Shown here: piece by piece, positions 35,691-48,450 of the stretch
Position numbering within the stretch: the first letter of the stretch is position 1
How the letters are laid out: each line of letters begins with the position of its first letter
Assembly: GCF_001194135.2 (NCBI RefSeq)
Contig: NC_068982.1
Span: forward strand, 6,812,934-6,876,933
DNA: 64,000 bases
Direction: 5' to 3'
DNA from: Octopus bimaculoides
Taxonomy: Eukaryota
Program-made: the position numbers and the translations under genes
Notes under the pieces: generated by a model
Told to the model about the DNA's origin: nothing
Databases searched by the model: none
What the model saw: the letters and a program-made list of their open reading frames with translations, nothing else

Positions 35691-37859
35691 GCATATAGTT
35701 ACATATCTAGACATACTCATATATATTTANNNNNNNNNNNNNNNNNNNNNNNNNNNNNNNNNNNNNNNNNNNNNNNNNNNNNNNNNNNNNNNNNNNNNNN
35801 NNNNNNNNNNNNNNNNNNNNNNNNNNNNNNNNNNNNNNNNNNNNNNNNNNNNNNNNNNNNNNNNNNNNNNNNNNNNNNNNNNNNNNNNNNNNNNNNNNNN
35901 NNNNNNNNNNNNNNNNNNNNNNNNNNNNNNNNNNNNNNNNNNNNNNNNNNNNNNNNNNNNNNNNNNNNNNNNNNNNNNNNNNNNNNNNNNNNNNNNNNNN
36001 NNNNNNNNNNNNNNNNNNNNNNNNNNNNNNNNNNNNNNNNNNNNNNNNNNNNNNNNNNNNNNNNNNNNNNNNNNNNNNNNNNNNNNNNNNNNNNNNNNNN
36101 NNNNNNNCAATCCCAAATCATTATATCAGGTCTGTTGTGCTTACATTTTATTGAGGTCTTCACTGGTACATTCCACCAGTATTCCTTTTCATTATGTATG
36201 TATGTATGTATGTATGTATGTATGTATGTATGTATGTATGTATTATGTGTGTATGTATGTATTTGTGTATGTATGTATGTATGTATGTATGTGTTAGTAC
36301 ATGATGCAGTGTGTGTTCATGTACATGATATATTCTTGTGTGACTTGGTTTGCAGGTATTAACAGAATTCAATGACTCCTAAGCCTGCATCATGCTCCAG
36401 TGTCAGTATTCTATGGCTTTATGCCCTTCCCAATGCCGTCTAATCTACAGCTTGTACTGGGTGCTTTCTTTTGCACCTGCATACAGAGGGTCATCATATA
36501 ACTTGCAAGACTAGCTGTTGTTCAGCGTGAATATACAGAAATAATTTCATTCAGATTTTCATATAAAGAGCAACATAAGTACAAATAAAATACGATTTAA
36601 TGAATGACAAAAGAACAAGAGTTACATAATTATACTCATGAGCATACAGGTGTTTCCCCTTCAAGGTCACAGCTCTGAGACACCTGTAACTGGGTGCTAT
36701 GTTCCTGTAGGTGAAACACCTGTAAGCTCATGAGTGTTATTACATATCTCTTGTTTTGTCATTGATTGATGCACATGCATACACACTAATGAATACATAA
36801 ATATGAATTAAAAAAAAAAATCCCAAGTGTAGCCTGGCGCCTACTGCATTTCGTTCACTGGGACAGCTGGTTCAAACCATACTCCCTACTCTCTGGTATG
36901 AAGATAAAGATGCATTACAACATATTAAGATTTGTTAAATGTTATCCATATAGAATGTTAAATGTTACTTTTGCAGGAAAATGTTATGAATAGATTATAG
37001 CTTAGATTTTTGTTCCATTTATTTTTGTATCCTTTTGTATTCTCAAAGCGACGAAAATATTTTGGCAAATCAAATTTAAATGTTGAAGTGAATCTAACAG
37101 TTTTTGTGTTTTTAAATGGCTTATAAACACAATCCACACTGCAATTGTTTTTGTTGATATATTTTACGGTTTTCTATAAACTTCCAACATTGTTATCATT
37201 TTCAAAATGACTGTAGAAATTTCATGGGTACTGCTAGTGTTACTGACAGTAAGAAGGACTTCCTGGCACACACAAGGTAAGCTTAGAGAACTTGTAACAA
37301 CAGCTTTACAGCATCCGGCAGTCAAGTGCTTCAAAGTCAACAAAGTTTGCCTTTTTCAGGATATGCAGAGATAACATTTTTCTTGATGGTTCCAAAACCT
37401 GAACTGTGAAGAAGATTTAAGATCATGCACTTGACATCTCACTGGAGCTCCAAACATTTCATGGCATAAGAAGAAGACCAAAGAGAAATTTATGGAAACA
37501 TACCACCCACCCTTACAATTGTTGCTTAATGAAGGACAGCTTTTGTGAGCCACTTTATCATGCTGATCCCCATGCTTTATTAGATGTTATACTTTGGGGA
37601 TTTCCACACTTTAGACAATAAATATCATTCAATTTCTTTGATGGTAAAGACACACATCATGAAAGAGACGACCAGGTGCAGTTTGATGAAACTGATGTCA
37701 GATGAAGTCATTTGAAGAAAAAATGTAATTCGTATTTTAAAGGAACAATTGATGTAAAACTCTGATATTAAATTTGTTCGCATCCTCTTGGTGTAATGTT
37801 AATAAATTTTTATCATTTGATATTACAGCAATTAAGATGATGATGATGATGATGATAAT

Positions 37860-38690
37860 TCTCATATTTCTGTTTTCTTTATTGTTTCCCTTATCAGTTG
37901 ATAAGTAGAAAAGATTTAAATTAATATCAATATTTGAGAAACAAATTACTAAATCTTGATCTACTTGAAATCAAGAATAACCTTTAGCAATATGTTTGGT
38001 TATTAAATATTTTTCAACTATAAGTAACCAAGTAATGGAAAGAAGAAAAAAGAAATTGATCCTATTTATTTTCGAAGCAAGCTTGAAGTATAAGATCTTA
38101 TTTGGGTTTTGTTTATCAACAGGAAATTGATGCTGAAATTACTACCCAGGGAAATACATTTTATTATTATAGATGAAATTTTATTAATATTTAAGAACAT
38201 ATTTTTTGAGTATAAATTTTCTGCAGTAAATATGTTACCTGATGGCAAAACCCATGCAATATAAAACTTACTTTAGTTGAATAAATAATTTATGTATTAA
38301 TGTAGAGAGATATGTTCCTTTCCCTTATTTTCTTAACAAAGCAAAGATAGGTTGGATTTTAAATGCATCACCTACATTTTGTGAAACAGAATTGTATCGA
38401 AGATGGTTGTCATTTCTCACTGATAGCAAATAATTATCAAATTATTACCTACTTAATTTAGTTGCTATCATTTTATTTCTATAATATGGGAAAATTTCCC
38501 AGTGATAATTTCTACTTGCAGTACTGATAGTTAAGTGGGGTTTAACAAAATATAGTGATTCCCCCTAAATCAATTAACATTATACTTGTAAAGAAGAGAA
38601 AATAAATTAGTATAAAAGATACTTTCTATCAAGAAAGACCTGGCCAACAATTCCCAAATAATTTAAATTTGAATAACATAGTGCAGGAAT
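37860..38690 (+). repeat. Ancient ~0.9-kb block, paralog 3 of 3
   Basis: Colinear similarity to 23700 and 28680. Confidence 0.8.
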
Positions 38691-38694
38691 AAAA

Positions 38695-39092
38695 ATTATT
38701 TGCGAACATAACATGGCAGTCCTGGTTTAGGGCTAACGTTGCTGTAATTTAGCCCCAGGAGACATCATCTCCAGCTGGCTATACGACATGATCTGTGTCT
38801 TATATTTTCGAACAAGGGAATCTCGTTGTCACTTTGAAAACTACATGTTTCAAACAGGAATTTGGCAGCGCCACCTCTAGCCGAACAATTATTCTGTGCT
38901 GATGAAGGGAAAGAACCAGGAAATCGTGATACACTGATATTGTTTTGAGCTAGTTGGGGTGCTAGATTCCCTTGTTGGAAATATAAGGACACAGATCGTG
39001 TTGTATAGCCAGCTGGAGACGATGTCTCCTGGGGCTAAATTACAGCAACATTCATCCTAAACCAGGACTGCCATGTTATGTTGGCAAATAAT
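38695..39092. mobile_element. MITE with ~125-bp TIRs, superfamily unassigned
   Basis: ATTATTTGCGAACATAACATGGCAGTCCTGGTTTAGG...AACAAGGGAA / TTCCCTTGTT...CCTAAACCAGGACTGCCATGTTATGTTGGCAAATAAT. Confidence 0.85.
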
Positions 39093-39324
39093 CTTTACAC
39101 CAAAGTACTGTTGCTGAATATCTCCCGTGGTGAGATTTAAAAATAGTAATTTTCTAATAGTGCAAGAAGATGTAAATTTGAAGTAGCAAAGTAAGGCGAT
39201 AACTTCATAGAAATTTTATTTGTATTATTTCTCCTCAGCAAATTATTTGTTTTACCAAAGAATAACTGAGAGAATGCAGAAGCTCTGTCTGATAAACATT
39301 CACGGAAGCAGTAATTAAAAATAT

Positions 39325-39540
39325 TCCTTTCTGTTATAGGGACAAGGTCTGACAGTTTGGGGAAAGGGGCTAGTCAATGTAATCGACTCCAGTGCCTGAC
39401 TGGTACTTATTTCATTGACCCTAAAAGGATGAAAGGCAAAATTGACCTCAGCAGAATTTGAAATCAGAACATAAAGACAGACGAAATGGCGCTAAGTATT
39501 TTGTCTGGCATGCTGACAATTCCACCATCTCACCACCTTA
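39325..39540 (-). mobile_element. SINE family 2 (OK-like)
   Basis: Diverged full-length copy. Confidence 0.75.
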
Positions 39541-39914
39541 GGAAATCTAAAATGATGACATTTGAATGTTTCCACCAGTTTCCTTCTAAATGAAGAAGAG
39601 TGTGTGTTGGGGGAAGGATAACATATTTAATATAGTAAGCCAAATGACACTTTTAATTAATTAAAATTACACCTGTAATAAAGAGAAACACATTTTTAAT
39701 TAAGCTAATCTATTAAATACATCCACAGTGAAAAATTTCATTAATATAACATATTCAGTCATTAATTCTAATTTTGTTGTATTTAGCTGACAGCATGCTA
39801 CTTTTGCTATAAAATGCAGTTTATCTTTTCTTGCTGTCAGGTGGCTGACATCTAAATCAGTCCCCCTCATTCATCCAGGGTACTGAATAAGATGACTGTG
39901 TGGTGTACACTTTA

Positions 39915-40302
39915 CATGTTTCAGTCATTTGACCGTGGCCATGCTTAGCACTGCCTTTAGTTGAACAAATCAACCCCAGGACTTATTCTTTGTAAGCCTG
40001 GTACTTATTCTATTGGTCTCTTTTACCGAACTGCTAAGTTACGGGGACGTAAGCACACCAGCATCGGTTGTCAAGTGATGTTGGGGGGGGGGGGCAAACA
40101 CAGACACACAAACATATACACACACATACATATATATACATATATAGGACGGGCTTCTTTCAGCTTCCGTCTACAAAATACACTCACAAGGCTTTGGTCA
40201 GCTCAAGGCTATAGTAGAAGACACTTGCACAAGGTGCCATGCAGTGGGAATGAACCCAGAACCATGTGGTTGGTAAACAAGCTACTTACCACACAGCCAC
40301 TT
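39915..40302 (-). mobile_element. SINE family 1
   Basis: Full-length copy. Confidence 0.85.
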
Positions 40303-40656
40303 CTATTAGAAGAATTAAACGAGTTTCTTTCAGAGATATCAGCAGCTTGCGATATTGGGGAGAAGAAAAGCATCATGAGGTCATCTGCATATTAAAATAC
40401 TGCATGATGATGGTGGTGATCTCTCATACCATACTGTGTTTGTCATGGCCTGAGGTTAAAAAAAAAACAACTATCTGTCCCCTGTTCAAGACTATGTAAA
40501 AAGTCTTTTATTGTTGGAACTTGCTGTGTTTCAGATGTACATATACACACTCATTAAATGTAGATATATTTTTGGAATTTTATCAGGATAAAGATATTTG
40601 TGGAGAGTATATGACCCATAACGGGAAAAATATGGTTTAGTAGGGAGGAAAGCATA

Positions 40657-40930
40657 TGAGGTCTGATCAAAACGTATTGAGATTGTTGCTATGGTAACTG
40701 AGCTAAAGTATGCAGAGTGAAGCCACTTGGCACAAATTGACATTGAACTCTGTTATGCCTGTGCATTAAGTTGTAATGTTCTCCCCTTCTTCTGTTGTTT
40801 ATAGCAGTGCTTGGAAGTGTGTAGGATGTGGTCATTTCGCCACACCACAGAGGGTTCCTCAGTGACTACGGCAGAGAATTGAGCAGAGAATCTGCATCAA
40901 ATTTTGCCAAAATTTCGGTGATTCTTGCAC
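40657..40930 (+). mobile_element. Mariner 5' fragment
   Basis: TA|TGAGGTCTGATCAAAA TIR; RIEQRICIKFCQNFGDSC transposase start. Confidence 0.8.
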
Positions 40931-40974
40931 TTTTACCGCTTTTCCTCTTTCAAAAAAAAAAAAAAAATCAATTG

Positions 40975-41700
40975 CAGAGATGAATTAGTGCAAACCTTCT
41001 TTCAAGACCCACAGAAAAAAAACAAAAAAACTGGTGAATATGATAATTTATGCAACAATCCTGTTTTAAAAGACCATTGTTGAAACATCAGTAGCCATAT
41101 TAATGACATTAAATAAAGCTGAAATCTGCCATGAAGTATCACTATACAAAAATAAAATATTATCTTGCAAAATTCCAAAAATTCAAACATAACAAAAAAA
41201 TTTTAAGCATAGATAAGAAGAAATATCACTCTTTTAAAAGTATTAAACACAAATCTTCAAGAATTGATGGAAGCCTTTGAATAAATAATGGCTAAATTTG
41301 ACAGAATTTTCAGTAAAAATGAAGGGAGTTAGGAATTTTTTGACAGATATAGGTATTTTAATCAGCTTTGTTGACAGGAGAGATCTGAAACAAAAAACAA
41401 TATGAAAACAAAGCAGCAGAAACAAATAATAAATTGGACAATAGATAATTATTAGAGGAAACTGGATCAGTAAAAGGTTTATGGATTAGCAAAACAGTTG
41501 AAAAAAAGGGAAAAGAGATGTTATGGAGTAAGTATCAAGGAAACTATACCAAATGGTTAAAGATCTAAACAAGGAATGGGTTTCTAAATGTTGAAGAAAT
41601 ATATGACACCCTACCAAACAAAGCAAATGAAATAATTGATAAAAAGAAACAATAAAGCGATGAATTCAAGTCAACACAAATTAAAGGTGGCAAGTATTGT
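40975..41700 (+). pseudogene. Third, most decayed RTE-like relic downstream of paralog 3
   Basis: DELVQTFFQD aligns to DKELEIFFQN at 30820; strong A-rich strand bias. Confidence 0.35.
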
Positions 41701-41713
41701 GCTAAAAAAAAAG

Positions 41714-41879
41714 CTACACTCTTGGAGTGGTTGGTGTTCGGAAGGGCATCCAGCTGTAGAAACATTGCCAGATCAGTTTGGAGCCTGGTGAGGCATCCTG
41801 GCTTGCCAGTCCCCAGTCAATCCGTCCAACCCATGCCAGCATGGAAAACAGACGTTAAATGATGATGATGATGATGATG
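41714..41879 (+). mobile_element. RTE-type 3' tail
   Basis: Family motif ending in (GAT)n. Confidence 0.8.
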
Positions 41880-44449
41880 TGCTAAAAATTAAGAATGCAG
41901 ATTCTCTTTAGTGCACAGAAAAATCCAGCAATTACTTCAGATGAAGGTAAAAGTAATGACCCCCTTTGATCGTGAATGACCATGGGATTTGCTCCTTGTA
42001 ATTTCCCCTCCAAGGCACAAGTCTGGGCAAGGTTGTTTATGGAATACCAACAATTGCCCATGCATACCAGCTTTCCCTCTCCATGCTACCAATGTTATCC
42101 AAGAGAAAGGCAAAAGCCAATACATCTTGGCACCAATGGTGAAATTACATAAGGAATTATGAAAACTAAAATATAAGGTAACATAAATGCAGGACGTTTT
42201 GACAATTATTTTGCTTATTTGTAAAATTAGCACTAGCATTTTACATATGACATATTGAAAACGTGAATAAGAATTCTAGACATCTCTCAAATCAGTTCCT
42301 CAGCATGACCACAGCGTTAAAGCTGAATGTTAAAGAGTTAAAGAATCAGTTTAATTAGTCATCCAAGCAACGATTTGTTATGTTTTACTTGTTCAAATTA
42401 AACCATTAATAAAAAAGACATTTAGTGAGACACTGGCTGCTATCCAAGAAGGTAAAAACACTGTTTAATAGATTTATGATGTTAATATTTTTCCAAAAAA
42501 AACTCAAAAGGTACACATTCAGAGCATTACTACAACTTTGATAAACCCTTTGGTCATATGCGGAATCAGGCTTATAATTTTAAAATACATCATCTGACCA
42601 ATAGTAAATGTTTAAATATGTAAAATTCTTGACCCTGTTAAGAATTCATTAAATTACCAATTTGAATCTATAGTTTCAAATAAGGATAAGCTTTTTCTTG
42701 CACTAAGCGTTCTCATAATGTTTTAGAAAATATAACATCAGAAGCGATGGAGACTTTTTAAAGAAAATGTTAAAACAAAAGGTATAGAACTCGGTAATTT
42801 AATAACATTTCATTATACAACTGCAATAAGATATAAAATGAAAATAAGCAATGAAAGTACAGAACAATGATAACTAGTAATAGCAGTGTGTACAACTGAA
42901 ATGACAAAGAAACGAACTAAAGCAACCATCAATATTTTGAAAGAAAAATAAGAGATGTGAGTTTAAAGAAACAAGTGAAATCTGGATTGCAGCATTAATG
43001 GTGGATTTGCAAAATTAGAATAAGAAGAAATATCATTGTAGCTACTATAAATTCATTTTTTAAGAGCAATAGCAATTTCAAAAGTATTTCATGGGCTGAA
43101 ATCATGGATATTGAACATTGTAGGTGAAAATGATCATGAGTTTTGGAATGAAATCATAGAGAGAGTTGCTTCTCATTCAAAATACAAAAACTTTGAACTA
43201 TTGAGAATGTTAAGAAAGAAATTACTGAGATGACAGGCCTTTTATGGCAATTTCTTCAAAAAGCAGAAAAGGAAATGGTAAAATCATGTAAAATAACACT
43301 GCTTCTAATGAATACAGTCATGCAGAAACCAATTTTTAGTAAAAGAAGATTATAAAGATCATTAAAGGATAGTTACATGTTATCAAGGAATAGACAAGAA
43401 GTGAATTGGAGGGAAAAATGAGGTTGACTGATTGACTGAAAAAGATATCAGTAGGGGTTAAACTGCATCTCTTGCTGTGCATGCGTGGCCTCTCAAGGCT
43501 ACAGATTTTGATTAAGATGGACATGATACTGTTTTTGCTCATACAATTGCATCAGCTCAATAATGAGCACATCGTCTGTGCTGTACCTAATGAACCACTT
43601 GCTAATGAGTTCAAACACTAATAAATTTATTTCATTCAACAAATTGAATATTTCATATTCATTATTAACAGCATTACATTTTTTTAAAGCTGTTGAGAAC
43701 TAAAGCATGGATTTCACAAATCAGCAACTTGATAATTAGTTTTTAGTTGCAAAATTGCATTTATTTCAACTGTGATGGAAGCATTAGTTCCAGATAAATT
43801 GAAGCAGTTTCAAGATTATTTATTGTTTAGTTGCCAATTATCATAGAAAGTTCCCCTTGCCATATGTCAGGTTCGGTTGCAGCTAATCTGTTCAGTAAGA
43901 GCATAATTATATAAATGTATTCTAGAACTTTTCTATTAGTCGAATGATTAATCTAAGAATTTATGGTTTCAAATCTATCATAGAACTGGATAATATACTA
44001 CCTTCAAGCTATGCTGGTTATAACATTTGTATCTAACATTGCTGTTGTCTACTATTATCTAATGATTGATAATGGGTAGTAATATAATGTAGCTATGAAT
44101 TCTTAATTGGTTATGAAACCGTGAATTAGAGATTGTGAATAAGAATTTTAGACACCTCCCAAAGAGCATTAATTTAATATATGAACACGGTCCCTCCGAG
44201 AAACGAAACTGGGCCATGAGTTTCTTTCATCATAAATATATGAATTTAGCAGCATTTCCTCTAAAAATAAATGAATTAAAATAATTAATTGCTATTCAAA
44301 TGCACACACATATTCAGCCACACACACACACATGCACACATCACTCAGCTATACACATATATACACATATATACACATATATACACATATATACACACTG
44401 GCTGTAGATTTCCATCAGCGATGTTTTGTTGACCAGTATTTGGTTTATA

Positions 44450-45290
44450 ATTCTGGTTTCAAATTTTGGCACAAGGCCAGCAAATTTGGGGAGGAGGCTA
44501 AGTCAATTACATCGATCCCAGTGCTCAACTGGTACTTATTTTATTGACCCCAAAAGATGAAAGGCAAAGTCAGCCTTGTTGGAATTTGAACTCAGATCAT
44601 AAGGCTGAAAGAAATTCTGCTAGGCATTTTGTCCAGTGTGCTAATGGTTCTGCCATTTTTCTGCCATATAATACAATATAACATTCTTTTCTGCTCTAGG
44701 TACAAGCACTAAAATTTGGGGGGAGGGTGGGGGCAGTTGATTAGATCGACCTCAGTATGCAACTGGAACTTAATTTATCAACCCCAAAGGATGAAAGGCA
44801 AAGTTGACCTTGGCAGAATTTGAACTCAGAACGTAAAGACTGACGAAATACTGCTAAGCATTTCGCCCGGCGTGCTAACATTTCTGCCAGCTCACAACCT
44901 TTAAATATTCTTTTCTTCTTTAGGCACAAGGCCCGAAATTTTGGGGGAGGGGGCCAGTCGATTATATCGACCTCAGTATGCAGCTGGTACTTAATTTATC
45001 GACCCCGCAAAGATGAAAGGCAAAGTCAATCTCAATGGAATTTGAACTCAGAATGTAAAGACAGATGAAATACCTATTTCTTTACTGCCCACAAGGGGCT
45101 ACACACAGAGGGGACAAACAAGGACAGACAAACGGATTAAGTCGATTATATCGACCCCAGTGCGTAACTGGTACTTAATTTATCGACCCCGAAAGGATGA
45201 AAGGCAAAGTCGACCTCGGCGGAATTTGAACTCAGAATGTAAAGACAGATGAAATACCACTAAGTATTTTTGCCAGCATGCTAATAGGTC
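44450..45290 (-). mobile_element. Head-to-tail array of four SINE family 2 copies
   Basis: Units at ~44450-44665, 44686-44900, 44905-45072 (5'-truncated) and 45073-45290 (longer 3' variant). Confidence 0.85.
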
Positions 45291-45456
45291 AGTGTTTTTC
45301 AACAGTGACAATTCCATTCTAGACGGTGGTGTAAATGTAATTGGTGGTAGGAAACTGAGGGATAGTCTGATTTAAGTGAGGCAAAAATTCATTAAAGTAT
45401 CAATTAAAACTAAAATATTTTTGAATTGCTCAATAATTTGTTACAATTTTCAGAGT

Positions 45457-45822
45457 ATCATCATCATCATCGTTTAATTTCCACTTTCCATGCTGGCATG
45501 GGTTGGATTGTTTGACTGGAGGCTGGCAGGCCAGAAGGCTGTACCAGGCTCCAATCCAATCTGGCAAAGTTTCTACAGCTGGATGCCCTTCCTAATGCCA
45601 ACCACTCCGAGAGTGTAAGTGGATGCTTTTTACATGCCACCAGCATGAGTGCCAGTCTGGCAGCACTGGCAACAACCATGCTCGAATGGTACTTTTTACG
45701 TGCCACCGGAATGGAATCAGTCAGCCGGCACTGGCATCGACTACTCTCGAATGGTGCTTTTTACATGCCATCAGCACGGGAGCCACTCAGGTGGCACTAG
45801 TAATGGTGCTTTTAACGTGCTA
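45457..45822 (-). mobile_element. RTE-type 3' tail with subrepeats
   Basis: Family motif plus GGTGCTTTTTAC(A/G)TGCC subrepeats. Confidence 0.8.
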
Positions 45823-46089
45823 CCATATGTATTATGATATCAGGAATGTCAAAGGGCACAAACTAGTGAGAAGCATGATGGGGCAGGCTAGTCATTCAAA
45901 ACATTCTAAAGTAGAATTTGATTTCAATAATAACTTATGGTGTTCTTCTCATTGGTTGGAAAGCAGAAAAGTATCATAGCATAGTTGAAAAGAAAACCCT
46001 GGAGTCATGGTAATATATTATCCTCTGCGCAAATATAAACATGTAACAAAAAAAAACCCATCCAGTTTTACTTTATTTAATTAGTACAT

Positions 46090-46651
46090 TTGAACGTTGG
46101 GCCTCACAGAGGCAATAACAAAAGACCTCGACCTCTGGAGGTATGCTGTGACTGAGAAGACCCGGCAAATAAAGTGAGTTCACAGCTGTAATCTACACCA
46201 GTGTCACATAACCAGCCCGCACAAAATTACCTTGGATCATAGGGCGACATGCCATGTTTGAGTAGACCTATTGAATCAAGTACATGAACATCAATATCAA
46301 AATCAAATCAAATGGAAATTGTAGTTGTGACCCCCGTGCTAGTAGCATGTAAAAAGCACCATCTAAAAGTGGCTGATGCCAGTGCCACTTTGACTGGCTT
46401 CCATGCTGGTGACACATAAAAAGTACCATCTGATTGTGGTTGATGCCAGCCCCTCTGGTCCCTGTGCTGGTGGCACGTAAAAAGCACCCACTACACTCTC
46501 GGAGTGATTGGCATTAGGAAGGGCATCCAGCTGTAGAAACACTGCCAGATCTGATTGGGGCCTGGTGCAGCCTCCTGGCCTCCCAGGCACCAGTCGAACT
46601 GTCCAACCCATGCTAGCATGGAAAACGGACATTAAACGATGATGATGATGA
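46090..46651 (+). mobile_element. RTE-type 3' UTR, longest copy
   Basis: GAGAAGACCCGGCAA upstream motif shared with 16160; subrepeats; (GAT)n tail. Confidence 0.75.
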
Positions 46652-47561
46652 TTAAAATTGTCAATGAAATAGTCATATAGCAAATATAATCATCTATTTT
46701 GTAAATATAATTATAAGCTTTCAATGCATTTTGACTGTTGCAAATAGGTTAATATTGGGGCACATAAGCTATCGACAAAATAACAATTGGGCATTACATG
46801 TACTAATGTCCGTTCTTTTTTTACATCGATGGTTTGTATATCTCAATACTGGACCATTTCCTGTAGTCAATATACGGTGAAAGCTTATAAGCTTAAGATT
46901 ATAATTATATTTACCAAGTTTTCACTCATTGCTATTCGTTAACTTACAAAGAATATGCAAAAACAACTAATTAGAAAGTTTCTTTTTGATTGTTTTATAT
47001 TTGGAAATAAGAAGAACCTTCAAAGGAAATTGTGTAGTGAGATTAATATGCCACTTTGAGGCTTGTAGCTAAGTTTCTAGAAAGTTAAGACGATCTAAAT
47101 ATTACCGAAGAAGCAAGAAAATGAAAATAAAATTTATTATCTAGATTGGATATTTTGAAAGCTTAATAAGGTAACTCTGGAAATTAAAGGAACATTTATT
47201 ACATTATAACATTTATTAAATTATAAAACAAGCTTTCTAACATTTACTGAAACATTAAAAAATCATTTTCGGAAATTTACTTTTAAAGATAATTCACAAC
47301 ATACCTGAGCTGGCAGAAATTTGTTCTGCATATATCAAAGTGGATCACCAGACATTTTCTGACACTCATTATCACTAAAAGCGACATGAATAAAAGCTTG
47401 CCTGATTTAGTGTCCTTTGAATCAAACTCATGGATGATAGATTCATTTAATTGTGACATTGGTTCAAGTCTAGAAAAAATCCAAGAAGAATTAATTGAAT
47501 AATGATACAATAATAACTCAAAATACTCATATGGTTGGAACAACTGAATTCTGAACATTAG

Positions 47562-47703
47562 GTGTGGCTGCATGGTAAGAATCTTGCTTCCCAATCACAT
47601 GATTTCAGGTTCAGTCCCACTGTGTGGCATCTTGGGCAAGTGTCTTGGGTTGACCAAAGTCTTGTGAGTGGATTTGGTAGATGGAAACTGAAAGAAGCTC
47701 GTC

Positions 47704-47749
<46 letters not shown>

Positions 47750-48450
47750 GGAGAATTCACAAAAAGAACAGACGAAGAGAGGTGGTGTAGAAAACAAACA
47801 GATGTATTAGTATAACGCTCGGGAATTGAAAAAGTCTTTCATGTTTCGAGCCTACGCTCTTTCACAGAAAGGAACACAGAAAGAAACAAGGAGAGAAACA
47901 TAGAGAGAAAAAATGTGTGTAGTGGTTAGCGATCTATCATGGCGAATATACACACATATGTATGTGTGTTAAAGAGTATGAAACAACAAAGCCAAGGCTG
48001 TGTGGAATTTTCAGGACATTTATAAAGAGAAAGTTAGTCTTACAGCTGTTTCTGGGATATTAAGGATATCCCTACATCAGAGACGATGTGAGGTGATTAA
48101 ATGGAGGGAAATATTAGAGTTCAATATAAGGAGTTATTCTGTAAAAGGAAAGAAATAAGGAGAATATAGGGAAAAAAGGAGAATGAATGTAGAAATAAAA
48201 ATTAAAAAATTAAAATATATAAAAATGTTATAGTTGCAGTTCCATTTATATATGTGTATATTTGTGGCGTGTGTGTGTGTGTGTGTGTATGTGTGTTTGT
48301 GCATGTTTGTTTCCCTACGATCGCTTAACAACCGATACTGGCGTGTTTACATCCTCCATAACTTAGCGGTTCGGCAAAGAAGACCGATGGAATAAGTTAT
48401 GGGCTTACAAAGAATAAGTCGTGGGGTCGATTTGCTCAACTAAAGGCGGT
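47562..48450 (+). mobile_element. SINE family 1 interrupted by two Penelope-like fragments
   Basis: Head 47562-47705; body resumes ~48300 and is cut at 48450. Confidence 0.75.
47990..48150 (-). mobile_element. Penelope-like pLTR fragment (family D) with decayed hammerhead at 48037-48084
   Basis: Minus strand GUCU-CUGAUGU-A-GGGA..UCCC-A-GAA-ACAGCUGU-A-AGAC. Confidence 0.65.

Noticed and set aside
32696-36372. MYVC-, HTHT- and YIYI-type low-complexity ORFs
   Set aside because: Translations of (TATG)n, (CA)n and (TA)n microsatellites.
38864-38882. CTCF-like motif (also ~62495-62508)
   Set aside because: Only a partial match by eye; cannot be supported without PWM scoring or ChIP.
42700-43330. 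A-rich decayed coding-like stretch
   Set aside because: Possibly a continuation of the old LINE relic, but no motif could be identified with confidence.
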